From Auanema rhodensis (Eukaryota; Animalia; Nematoda): a stretch of 64,000 nt of DNA. The position numbers were made by a program, and so were the translations under genes. Below are positions 28,701-39,310 of the stretch, piece by piece. Where the stretch lies: contig OZ059899.1 in NCBI GenBank assembly GCA_964057225.1, forward strand, positions 7,192,001 through 7,256,000, read 5' to 3'. Each line of letters opens with the position of its first letter. The first letter of the stretch is position 1. The notes under the pieces were generated by a model. It saw only the letters and a program-made list of their open reading frames with translations. It was not told the origin of the DNA and did not search any database.

Positions 28701-31700
28701 GTAGTAATTCAGAGAACAGAAACGCATGGTAGTTACTGAACAACGATAGAGTCGATAGAGAGGTCAAGCAAGCCCTGGGTTTCGTCGCAACCGGGTCGAC
28801 GACCGAACGTCGATTATGCCCTCGACAAAACTGTCGCGATTGTAGTGGTAACGAAAACTGTTGTATAGCTTTGCGAACTTCTGAAGAGGTATAAGTGATT
28901 GAAGTTTAAATGAGGCAAGCAAGGCTGATGTTTAAGAGATATCACATAAATTGTATCTCGGGAGAGAGTTGAAGAAGTTAGGAAAATAGAGAAACCAGAC
29001 AGACTCAATAAAATACGAACGCCACTCCTACGTCGGGTTTTGCTCTGCATTTCGCAGTATTATCAATGGCAGAGAGAACGAACGATAGTTTCGGCATTCT
29101 GGATTTTTTTTTCTCTCGAACTGTTCGTTTGTAAGCAAAGGTTCGAGCTTACTAAGCGGACATTCGAGAATAGTTCAAAAACCGAAAATCAATATTGAGC
29201 ATTTCTGCAGCTAAGAAATAAGTTTAGATTTCTAAAGTTGAAAACTCATCACCTTACTCGAAGAGTTTTTTTACATTTAATTGCCGTAATTCAACGACAT
29301 TGTACCAAAAATATCAAGATCGAATAAATAGTCAGCAAAACATCAAATTATGATTGAAAATTCGATAACCATACTTACCAAAAATGCCTGCAGCAGCATT
29401 TCCAGAGACATAACTGGAATAGCTGTTGCTGCTCTGTCTTCGTTTTACTGAAAAACAGGTACTGTCTACGTATGCTACAGAACTGAAGCTATACGTACAG
29501 TCAGGATAATAATGCTGGAATCAGTTTGAATGACTTTTGCCAGCAGAACAGAAGACTCACATAGTTATGTTCAACGTTTCAAAATAGCCAATAAAATTAG
29601 TTCACCTCAGGCTTATTCAGAAAAGCTTCAAATTCAGGAGAAAAATATCTAATAGAAAACGTAGATATAGAGAATATAAGAGCGCCTGTACGCGGTGTAG
29701 TCTTGTAGAACACCACTGCCTCTGGCGGTCTGTTTACGTTTATGTCTGTGTTCACTGTTCTTTTTCTCTTAAACTTTCCCCCCTGCGAGTTCAGTTTTAT
29801 ATATGTATATGGTAAAGAAGCGACCTTGAGAAGGAACGCATAGTCAGCGATGGGCTGCAGCATAGTAGAGATGAACAGCTAGCCATCTTATGGGGCACAT
29901 ACCCAAAGCGCCTCCAAGGACATTGCAGGAGGAAAACGAGACGATAACTACGTATGTCGATTTAAGTTACTTCAGGGACAAGTCCTATTGGCTCAAGCAG
30001 AGACATGTATTTTTCGGATAGACGTAGATACAACATAAAGCAGTTAGAAGGATTAAAAGAAAAGTGGGGAACCGATCGTTGCCAGGCTACTCGGAAATTG
30101 ATATAATGAATAGTGCAATTAAGGTGAGCTAAAAAAAGATTTTATGAATTTTGCTGTGGGTCAAAATTGCAAGTATGAGAAGTTGGAAAATATGAAGTCG
30201 GTGAGAGATAAGAGACTGCTACTGGTCAGAGCAGCAAAAATTCAAAAAAGAAGTGAATACTATAGAGCTACACATTTTCAGTGGTTACGTCCACGTTTCA
30301 TACAAAAATGTATTGAATAGACCGTCGACATAATATGGCTCACGTTGAATTGTAAAATTTTCATAGAAAAAGGAAAAAGAGGCAAGCTGTTGGATAATAC
30401 TAAAAAGACAAAAGATGGGTTGAGACAGCTGAGAGCACCATTCCTGTCGGACAAAGACTTTGAACCATGCCCGACTAGAATGACAACGGACGCATATGTG
30501 AACGAAAAAGGCAAGTAAATTTTGCTGTCTCTCTCTATCTGTACTGTCATGCTGTCAAGTATGGAGAACTTCCAAAAAAAAAAATGCAACACTCATTTAC
30601 AAAGATATAAAGCCAAAATTAGAAATCTGTCAGTTAGAATGAAAAATATTAGAAATTGTAAATTGAAAAAAAGGAATATGAAATAGAAATGATAAAATAT
30701 ATATATTAGAATATACAAAGATGGAAGCTATATTTACAAAACAAAGAAAAAATATGAGCGTTAGTCGTATTAAGATATTTGCTTGAACTCGTAGATATAT
30801 TGAATTTTTTTTATTACCGATAACTATACTCAATTACGAAAAATTCGGACACGAATTTACGCATGTTGTTGTCGAGCGATACTTTAAAACTACAAACACA
30901 CTTTCGAAAAGCCCCCGTGGAATTTATCTTTTCACCACATTACATGTCCCAAAACGAGTTAAGCTATGTAACTCCAAAAACAGAAACTTCAACCGATTAC
31001 CCCCGAAAAATGTAAGGAGAGCGCACCTCTTCGACTTCGTCCTCGTCGCTAACATTCGTGGGAGGACTTAAGGTTCCATTGATTTCTTTGCTCTTTCCTG
31101 CTTTTCCACTGATCTGAAATATATAGTTGTTATATCATAGAGATTAAATAACCATCTTTTATAAATTACTTCGAGAAAATTCATTAAGATTACTACAAAA
31201 AAGTTCTAATTTTGAAAGCGTTGAAGTCTGACGTATGCTTCATATTTAATATTTTTTCAATTATTAATTTTTAGCAAAACGAAATAGCATGTACTTAAGA
31301 TATGGTTATATATATATAAAACATTATTTCACTCCATGATGACTTTGGTAATTATTCAATTATATTGTGAATGCTTTTTGAATTTCTCATACAATGAAGT
31401 GAAATATCATGAAACTAGAAAAAGATGAATGCAATACTATTGTCCTCTAGTTGATGTTTGCAAAAAATTGATTTTTTTTGTTAGCGAACAGACAACCGAA
31501 CATCGTTCTTGCGATGCTTCACTATATCCCATACCCTCTCTCTCTTTTTTTTCTTTCCTTACTCTCTTTCTTTTTCGTCATCTCTTTCATTCTCATTTCC
31601 TCTCCTTTGTAATTCTTTAAAATAAACAGCCTTAAGCAAAGACATATAAGTAGAAAAGCTCAACATATTTTTTATAAATTAAAATATTATTGCTGAATAT

Positions 31701-32072
31701 TTTATTTATACCTTTTTTCCTGTAGCTGTATTTAAATCAGATTCATTATCTGTTTTAGCACTCCCAATAACTGTTGGAGACATTTTATTAACGGAAGCGG
31801 GTAGCGTCCCCCCGGACGCTTCTCGCACCAAACACTAGAATATATGGTTATATATTTTATATTATAATCAAGTCAAGAAGATGAAAATGTTGCGATTTAA
31901 ATATCTTCGTGAATAGCACAAATGTATACAAAATACTTCACAGTAAAAGTACGAACACGAGCAGAAATGAAAGTATAGAAAACGGTAGAAGACAGTGAGA
32001 AAGTTTCATACGGGCTCACAAGATGAGGACGACACAGTAACATCCAACACATACATATCAAATATCAAGCAC

Positions 32073-32125
<53 letters not shown>

Positions 32126-35100
32126 TTAGAAAGGCCATAGCATCGAAAAGTAATAGTGGTATAAACACCTAGCATAACTTGAGGCAATAAACGGAAATTA
32201 GTACGCAGCTATATGTACGTCTAGAGGACGCGAACTTTAAGCTTAGCAGAATAGCTTGTATGTATGGCTTTTTTTGGCTCAGCAGCTCTGCTAGTCTGCC
32301 TAACTGGCTGCTGGAACTTCGAATGACAGATCAAAAGTCATGGCTTCCCATAGTTTGCTCACAGAAAGCGCGACGCTGCATTCGAGGCCCGAAAGAGAAA
32401 CCAATAATTTCGCATCGAACGACGATGATGACAACGAGAATGAGTAGAAGGTGTATAAAATGAGAAAGAGACATTGTAAGCAATGAAAAAAGATGCATTT
32501 TTAGCACGACAGAGAATAGGAGAACTCTTGAAGGTTGCAAAAGTTTGAGTGCTCCAATTTTTAAGAATTTAAATGGACGAGTCGGGCAACACAACACACG
32601 TAGATTGGAACAGGAATCGCGAACGTTAGGAACAAGCGATTGTATGGTTTGGAGATGATCTAGAGCAGTTAGTGAACGCAGATAGTACGAGTTTTTTTTT
32701 GAGAACAGCATGCAGAGAGTTTCAAATGAAGAGAGAGAAGGAGAGAGATACAAACATGGGATTTAATACGAGGTTTTCGGCCTGAGTTTAACATAGACTT
32801 TTGATGAATTTTACAACATTTCGGGGAATTAAAACAAAAACTGATTACTTTTTTGGTTACAACGATATGTTCAAAAAACCGAACGAGAAAAAGAGAATAC
32901 AACAAAAACCTAAATCATGGTATTGAAAATATTTTTTTATTGTTCTCAAATGAGCTACGCTAATGATAGTAGTCATTTTTTTATATAAAAATCTTAATTA
33001 AATGTTTTCGCAAAAGTATGAAATGTGTGCGAAACGAACTGAACGCATTCAACTCTGGTTCGAAGGACGGCCGCTGAGCAATACATGAGGAACCAGCAAC
33101 ATAGAGAAAGAAGGATCCAAGTGAAATAAACAGAAACTGAGCGAGAAATAGAGAAAGAACGCATATGAGAGAGTCCAAAAAGAACAAACATTCGTAGAGG
33201 GCGGAGTACGAGAATATGATAGAAGTGTGGTACTACGAAGGCCTAAGTTCATTCCGATTTTGAGCACCAAATGTTGCCAAGACTAGAAAAATTAAAGGCA
33301 TTTGTTGCAGACTTGCTATTCAGAATACTTCAAGAGGAAAGCTCAACCTACGATATAATCATCGTATTCAAGAAAAGAGGTTAAAATCCATCTACTGACT
33401 TACAAATTGAAAAATTAAATTAAATTATTTACAAAATCCAAAACCTCGGAAATATAAGTGAACAGATAGTAAAAATAGGAACATTTCATTTGCACTGCCA
33501 AAATTTGGATGACCGCAGACTTAGAGTGCCTGCTGCGGACGACAACTGAAAATCGAACACTTTGGCGCGATTCGTTTAAGCCCGAAGATGGATGCGCGTT
33601 AATCGAAGCAGCTCTTTTCTTGGCTAGCATCACATCCTTTCTTTTACTTAAATGGAACATACCAAAAACGATGTCAGTTTAGCAATGTTTTATACTTGGC
33701 TATAATAGAATTTTTGGAACAGGTTCCTGCTCTTTGGAACATATATAGAGGTTTGCTTGATCAGCAATTATATAATACGACATTAGACTTTTCAATTTGA
33801 TAGCTAAACACTTTTACCAATCACGTTTTTAAGTATACAAAGCAGAAACCGTGATAGGAAATAATACTGTGCCACGAAATTATAATTACTACATGATAAC
33901 CAACAATTATTATTCACAATAACTCAAAGGTAAAAAAGATATCGTATAAAAATTTAATACGGACTCAGATTTTGGGCATTTATAAAGATATTTTGCTATA
34001 TAGAGAATATAAATTAATTCACTTCAAATGTTTTCTATTCAATTAAAAAAAAGGAATTGTGAACACATATGACCCTGGAACAGAATATAGCTTATTTGAT
34101 CAGCTTAAAAAAGCGTATCGCTAGTTTTAAATCTTTCTCAATATGTTGTTATTTGTATTGAGACAATTATCATTCATAATTCAAACATCTAGTGTTCGGA
34201 ATAAAAGAGAACGGATTTGCGTAAAGTAGTTTTATGTTGCATTGAATAATGTTCAAATACAATTTAATACAATGAAATATAAATTTTACTCAAAATTATA
34301 AAACAATTACTTTAATAATAACTAATAATCTCCCTTTTTCATAATTAATAATAAAAAAAGTTTATCAGAAATAGCTACAGATTGGAGATTATCAATATAT
34401 TGAGCACTTGTTTATCATTTGTTGACTTCACGTCACTGCAATCAAACTTTTTCATGTTCACTGGGCGAGATTGACCTTGCGGGCAGTAGAACTAACATAT
34501 GCAAGTGAAAACTTGAAATGTATTCTTAGGCTTGGCTCGAGTTCGCTCGCCGCCCTCCTTGTGTCTCTTAGCTGAGCCACCGTTCAGGCGCTCTCCAGTC
34601 TCCGGGTGCCGGGCGGTGCCTGCCGTTCGCCCGTTCTGCTTCGGCACTATGACCTATGGCCGATGTTGGCGACGACGACGCCTGAGCATTCACGACAATA
34701 TCAGACAAACAACAAACAATGCAGAACGACGATGTTGATGATGTTTAGAAGAATTAAAAGAGAGGAATGAAGATAAGGACAATGAGAGTGCCTACGGCTA
34801 GAACCACAAGAGAAATGAAAATACGCCATATAAACCATCAAGCTAATTAGAATTAATCGATCAAAAATGGCTAAAACACAAAATATATGAACTTTCATAT
34901 TAATAGCATCATATTAATAACCAAAAACAAAGTATTTTTAATTCTAAATGCGAACTTTTAACAAGTAAAAAAGCATGCATTGCTAAAATAAAGAGTCAGA
35001 ATCAATACTTCAAGCTCTACTCAAATTAGAAGCAGTGCGAAATTTCCACTCAAAACGAATTACAAACAGAGAACGGAAACTGATACATAATGCTACTAAA

Positions 35101-38100
35101 CGTACTTCGGGCAAATGAAACCTTAAAAAATCAGTAAAACGGATTAGCAGACTTAAATAGTACGCATGTAATCGCATCTTCAAGAGTATCCTTATTTGAT
35201 TGAATGATAAAACTTGCAACATTGTCGAAATAATTCCGAGCATAGGAATAGAAAAACATAAATAACACAAAACTACTTGTAATATTTGCATATTGATGAA
35301 AAAAGCTTAGCAGTTATAGCAGAAGCCATAACTTCTCAGTACACACCGATAGCCTCATGGCATTAAATAAAGTTTAGATGATGTGAAATATATTCCTTAA
35401 TTTGATCGAAATCCACACATCTCGAAATTTTAGTGCATATCCAGGAGATGATATTAAAAGGCTACTACTTGAAGGGTTGTAAGGGTCAGTAGCTAGAGAG
35501 CACAACGGCCTAGCCAAAGATTAGAAAAGGAAAGACATCGGCGGGGTAGTAGAGAGCGTGAGTTAGAAGAATGATAATAGAAAGAACATGAGAGAAAAAG
35601 AGCGTAAGGAAGAAATGGAGATTAAAAAGCTATCTTCAATAAATAGGAATGTAGAAATTTCAGAAGGAGACAAAAAAATATGAAAAAACTGAAGAGCACA
35701 AGAGCACAACAAACTAGTCGAGGGGCTATATAAACTATTTCAGTACTATTAATTTGTTTTACAAACCCTCGAAAAGCCGTGAAGTACAACAATCAATCAA
35801 ATGTCAAGTTTGATAATTCAAAAGATATAAGCATGAAGGTCATACCATATACGTGTTCATAAGAGTTATTATAAAGAAAATATTCAAGATATTTTCAATA
35901 GAAAATGCAAAAAAAAAGTACAAAAAAATTAGCTGATAAAACCACTATGACAACGTGTTCATATGACTAATTTAGCTCTTTATGCAAACAGAAATAGACC
36001 CCAGCAACAACGCACTTTGCAATTCTGAACAAAATGACCTTGTGGTTAAGCTTTATTTTTGTCAATGATATAAAAAATAATATCAAACGATAAGCTTGCA
36101 GAGGTTAGAATACCTTTACTGTGAGATTGGTGTAATACGCAACATAAAGGTGTTATCAGGAAACAACCTAAACCAGTGGAATTGAGTATCGCTTTAGATA
36201 TTGTGAGAACATTATCAGTGCAATCAACTCAAAATTCGAAAAAGTTTAAACGATATATTCTATGGTTTGATATGGCTCAGTAAAGTGAATCGAATAAATC
36301 AATTCTGGCGCCTTTAGGAGAAGAATCAGTTTGCATTTAAAAAATTGAAAGCGTAGAGATTGAGCACATGCTCAAAACCAATTTTCGCAGCGCTGACTGA
36401 GGATCAAATGTCTGTACAAAGTAAAGGCGGAATACTCATGGTTAACTTCAGAAATGTCTCTGAATCAATTGAATAATCACTAATACGCATCTACAAACAG
36501 TTTCAATGGAAATCAATAGCATTATAAATCATAATATTTTAAAAGAAAATAAATGCAGTGCAGTCAATAAATGATCGTTACTCGTAAACCGAAAAATATT
36601 GAGCATTTTGCAACATTTTTTAATCATAAAAAAGCTCATAAAAGCAGAAAAAGAGGAAAACATAAGTGATAGCTCTTTGATTTCTTTCTATCAAAAAATG
36701 TATATGCGAAAATATCGATTTTTACGGACCAAAGCGTTCCGAAAATTAAAGATAATGAAGTGAAGAACAGAATGACTAGACAACAAAATATTTTTGAGAT
36801 CTTGAAATAGAAATAATAGAAAAAGATGATTAGAAATCATAACTATATAAATAAAATAGCCGGAATAATTGAACTTGCTTGGTGAATAGTATAAATCATG
36901 TAATTCAAATACGAATAAAATGGAATACCAGATCTTGCATTTGCAAACAAAGCGAAAGAGAGATAGAGAAAAGCATGTGAGAACAAGATGAACAATAGAA
37001 AACTTATGATAAAGCATTTAAAAATGAGATAACTGAAAGGAATTGAGGTAGTATAAATCTACAAACAAATATGAATTTGTAGTCTTCATAGAAAACAATT
37101 ATATAAGCTATACCAACAACCAGAGGAGTCGAATACACTATTCTTTTAAGAATAACGATGAGTAGCGTATGTCTTGATCATTTCTGACCTAGAATCCGTC
37201 AACGTTACAAGACACCGTGAAGATCGCCGTGGAAGGACAGGTCAAAATTGGTGTCAACGGTTCAGGAATAGATCGAAACCGCAAGTGAGGCTGGAGCTTG
37301 GCTCGTAAGCAATGGTAACCTTAAAATATTACCAAAATTTTGGATAAATTAATAATTGAAATATTCAAATTTATCCTAATAAAAACGCTAGATAAAATGT
37401 AGGAGCCCATTTTTGTTCAATGAAGTAAGTCCGTAATTCAGTTTTGTGCTCATATATCTCTTTATAAATGCCAGTTGGCTATCCTAAGTCTGATTACGAT
37501 TTATGATCCATCTAGCTGAGAATTGTCATTTATCTGCTCTCCACAGCCAAAATCACATTCACAGTATACCAAGGAATTTACATTATCCCCCCCCCTTTCT
37601 CGTTGACAAATTTTGAAAAGCGCCATAGACGAAATCCCAACACTGATTAAAATGCTAATCTTTTTTTTTTCTCGGTAAAATAATTCTATCGTAACTTGAA
37701 AATAAAAATCATCGACCAATTTGTTTGGAAGCGTTCATTGACATCTCATTTTCAAGAGAAAAAAGAAATTCAGGTAAAACGAAGATGATGAATTTAGAGT
37801 TGAACGACAGAGATTAAAACACAGTAAGATGAACATGATAATTAACGCTCAATGCGACTTATGAATTCTTATTTTATACAGAAAAAAAAGAGAGAGAGAG
37901 AGATCGAAACACAGAGATTATAGAATAAATCCAAATATGATTGAAATTAATAGAAAATTATCATACCCGACTTTTAAGCAGCAATAGCATTTGTTGTAAT
38001 TCTTTTATTTCTGTAATATTGTTGCGACCAATTCAGTCGGTGTTACAATTCAAAATGAAGCCATTTTTGCATTATTAGCGCGTTCTACGTGAACCCCACG

Positions 38101-39310
38101 CAAATTCAAGCATGAACATAATATGTTAATCATGTCATGGAATGCCATAATTGAGCTTCAATGGCATATTACGATTAAGATGAGTGATTTAACGATAGTA
38201 ATATATTTCAGGTTCATTAAAATACCAAAGTTGGTTAGGAAAGGCTTAAAGCCGGATTTTCATTCATCACCACACTCTCTGCCTACTTAATCTGATATCT
38301 GAATGCAGGTGGAAACTGCAGTTATTCGAGATAAGCTACCATAATACTAATCACATGTGCCAGCTGCAGGTGCTCACGCTTATACGTTGCTTTACCTTTT
38401 CGATAACTAGCATTCAACATGACCAAGCTATGAGCAACGCGGAGTATTGAAATATGAAGAAATAATAGGAAAGAAAAAGACAAGAAACTTCGCATAAATG
38501 TAGTTACACCACAATTATGATTATGACCACTAACTTCGCTTTTCAGTGAGCAGTTTTCAGAAAAGGAAGAGCTGAATCAGTGAATTAAATTAGAAGAAAA
38601 TTATAATTATAGTCACAAACTTGATTGCTTCAGAAAAAAGTTGCAGAACAAGGAAGAAATGAATAAAACAACTACAATCTTCACGAATACCACTAGCACA
38701 ACAAGAACGAAACGTACTTCGAGCAAACAGATAGATATAGAAGGTATCAGAGAAGTGTATTCAGAAACCAACAAGACGGTGAAAACAAAATTCTTACCTT
38801 AGATATAAAATCATGTACGGTTTCAGATGGTTTTAAAAGCCAACTTCCATTTTCGGAGAGAAGAGAATGTAGAAATAGTTGTTGAATATGAGCAGGATCA
38901 GGATAGTTTTTTGGAGCTGCAGAAGTGGCTAAATCTTCAATGTTGCGAAACATTGAAATCTTCTTGCTTGGAGAATCTTTGTTCATAGATAAGTTGATGC
39001 CATCAGTCGCATCAGACATGGGCAAAGAAGTCTGCTGGGTGATCTGGATCATGGGTGGTTCTTCACGTTCAAGACCTCGAACACATGGTGAATGGATCAT
39101 ATCAGGTTCCTTTTTCCGTTTCCGTCTTGAAGAGCCCACAGAACTCGGCCTATATATTGGAGTCGAAGTCAATGATGCTATCGATGTTGAGGTAGATGAG
39201 AGTTCAGCTAGCCGAGCTAGTAACTTGTCGACATCAAACCCAGTTCCTTTCGATGGCAAACCGCAATTCATATAGTTTATACTGCCTCTGCTGTTGGCGC
39301 CTGAAGACAT
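131..39310 (-). CDS. daf-12: Nuclear hormone receptor DAF-12, 5' part of a multi-exon gene (LBD exons lie beyond the left window edge)
   Basis: Spliced minus-strand exons give ...[15 protein letters not shown]|[18 protein letters not shown]...|[41 protein letters not shown]|[30 protein letters not shown]|[24 protein letters not shown]...[19 protein letters not shown]. This is near-identical to the C. elegans DAF-12 DBD (CESCKA P-box) and its flanks as I recall them. All junctions are GT-AG and phase-compatible. Confidence 0.95.
542..601 (-). CDS. daf-12: daf-12 hinge exon ([20 protein letters not shown])
   Basis: TTCTTCTAG acceptor, GTAGGT donor, 60 nt, phase 0/0; resembles C. elegans PQLISPPGAQ. 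Confidence 0.85.
1370..1474 (-). CDS. daf-12: daf-12 exon, DBD C-terminal extension ([24 protein letters not shown]...)
   Basis: TTGTAG acceptor, CAG|GTATAT donor, 105 nt; conserved GM-KKEWIL motif. Confidence 0.95.
1528..1617 (-). CDS. daf-12: daf-12 exon, second zinc finger
   Basis: [30 protein letters not shown]; TTTCAG acceptor, GTAAGT donor. Confidence 0.97.
1960..2082 (-). CDS. daf-12: daf-12 exon, first zinc finger
   Basis: [41 protein letters not shown]; TTTACAG acceptor, AAG|GTACGA donor. Confidence 0.97.
2156..2250 (-). CDS. daf-12: daf-12 exon N-terminal to the DBD ([32 protein letters not shown])
   Basis: TTTTCAG acceptor, GTGAGA donor, phase 1/0; aligns by eye to C. elegans GYHGSGVKLEESSGACGSPD. 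Confidence 0.9.
2929..2998 (-). CDS. daf-12: daf-12 first common exon ([23 protein letters not shown]), phase-0 acceptor
   Basis: TTTTTTCAG acceptor at 2999, G|GTGCGT donor; near-identical to C. elegans [18 protein letters not shown]. Confidence 0.93.
4614..4673 (-). CDS. Candidate alternative first exon of daf-12 ([20 protein letters not shown])
   Basis: GC-rich island, ATG at 4673, 20 codons, ACC|GTATGT phase-0 donor, 1.6 kb above the common exon. Confidence 0.4.
8163..8174. repeat. G12 homopolymer (others: G11 17043-17053, G10 44398-44407, C11 54097-54107)
   Basis: Read directly. Confidence 0.9.
9847..9894. repeat. (AG)24 microsatellite
   Basis: Perfect dinucleotide run read directly. 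Confidence 0.95.
19609..20020 (-). CDS. Candidate alternative 5' exon of daf-12 (Ser/Thr/Ala-rich, ~137 codons)
   Basis: Long open frame of higher GC in an AT-rich intron; TATTCAG acceptor at 20021, TAT|GTAAGT phase-0 donor. The start codon is unresolved. Confidence 0.5.
22704..22760. repeat. Interrupted (AT)n microsatellite
   Basis: Read directly. Confidence 0.95.
29379..29447 (-). CDS. Candidate alternative first exon of daf-12 ([11 protein letters not shown])
   Basis: TTTTTCAG acceptor at 29448, 36-nt leader, ATG at 29411, 11 codons, TTG|GTAAGT phase-0 donor. Confidence 0.5.
31027..31113 (-). CDS. daf-12: daf-12 upstream internal exon ([29 protein letters not shown]), not in the ORF track
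   Basis: ATTTCAG acceptor, GAG|GTGCGC donor, 87 nt open, phase 0/0. [11 protein letters not shown] resembles the LTPPNSDDD that precedes PQMSTP in C. elegans DAF-12. Confidence 0.8.
32077..32113. repeat. (TA)n microsatellite
   Basis: Read directly. Confidence 0.95.
38798..39310 (-). CDS. daf-12: Probable daf-12 first coding exon (171 aa Ser/Pro-rich N-terminus with basic RRKRKK cluster)
   Basis: ATG-initiated 513-nt frame ending AAG|GTAAGA (phase 0); TTTTCTCAG acceptor at 39407 upstream. No other downstream partner gene is visible on this strand, and the phase matches the 31113 exon. Confidence 0.7.

Noticed and set aside
26583-36042. Three CAAGGTCA (FTZ-F1/NHR-25-type) sites at 26583, 34472 and 36035; also three GATAGGTCA at 9518, 10111 and 44823
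   Set aside because: Isolated and unclustered; the counts are not convincingly above chance after post-hoc selection.
38925-39275. 116-aa plus-strand ORF
   Set aside because: Antisense shadow of the putative daf-12 first exon.
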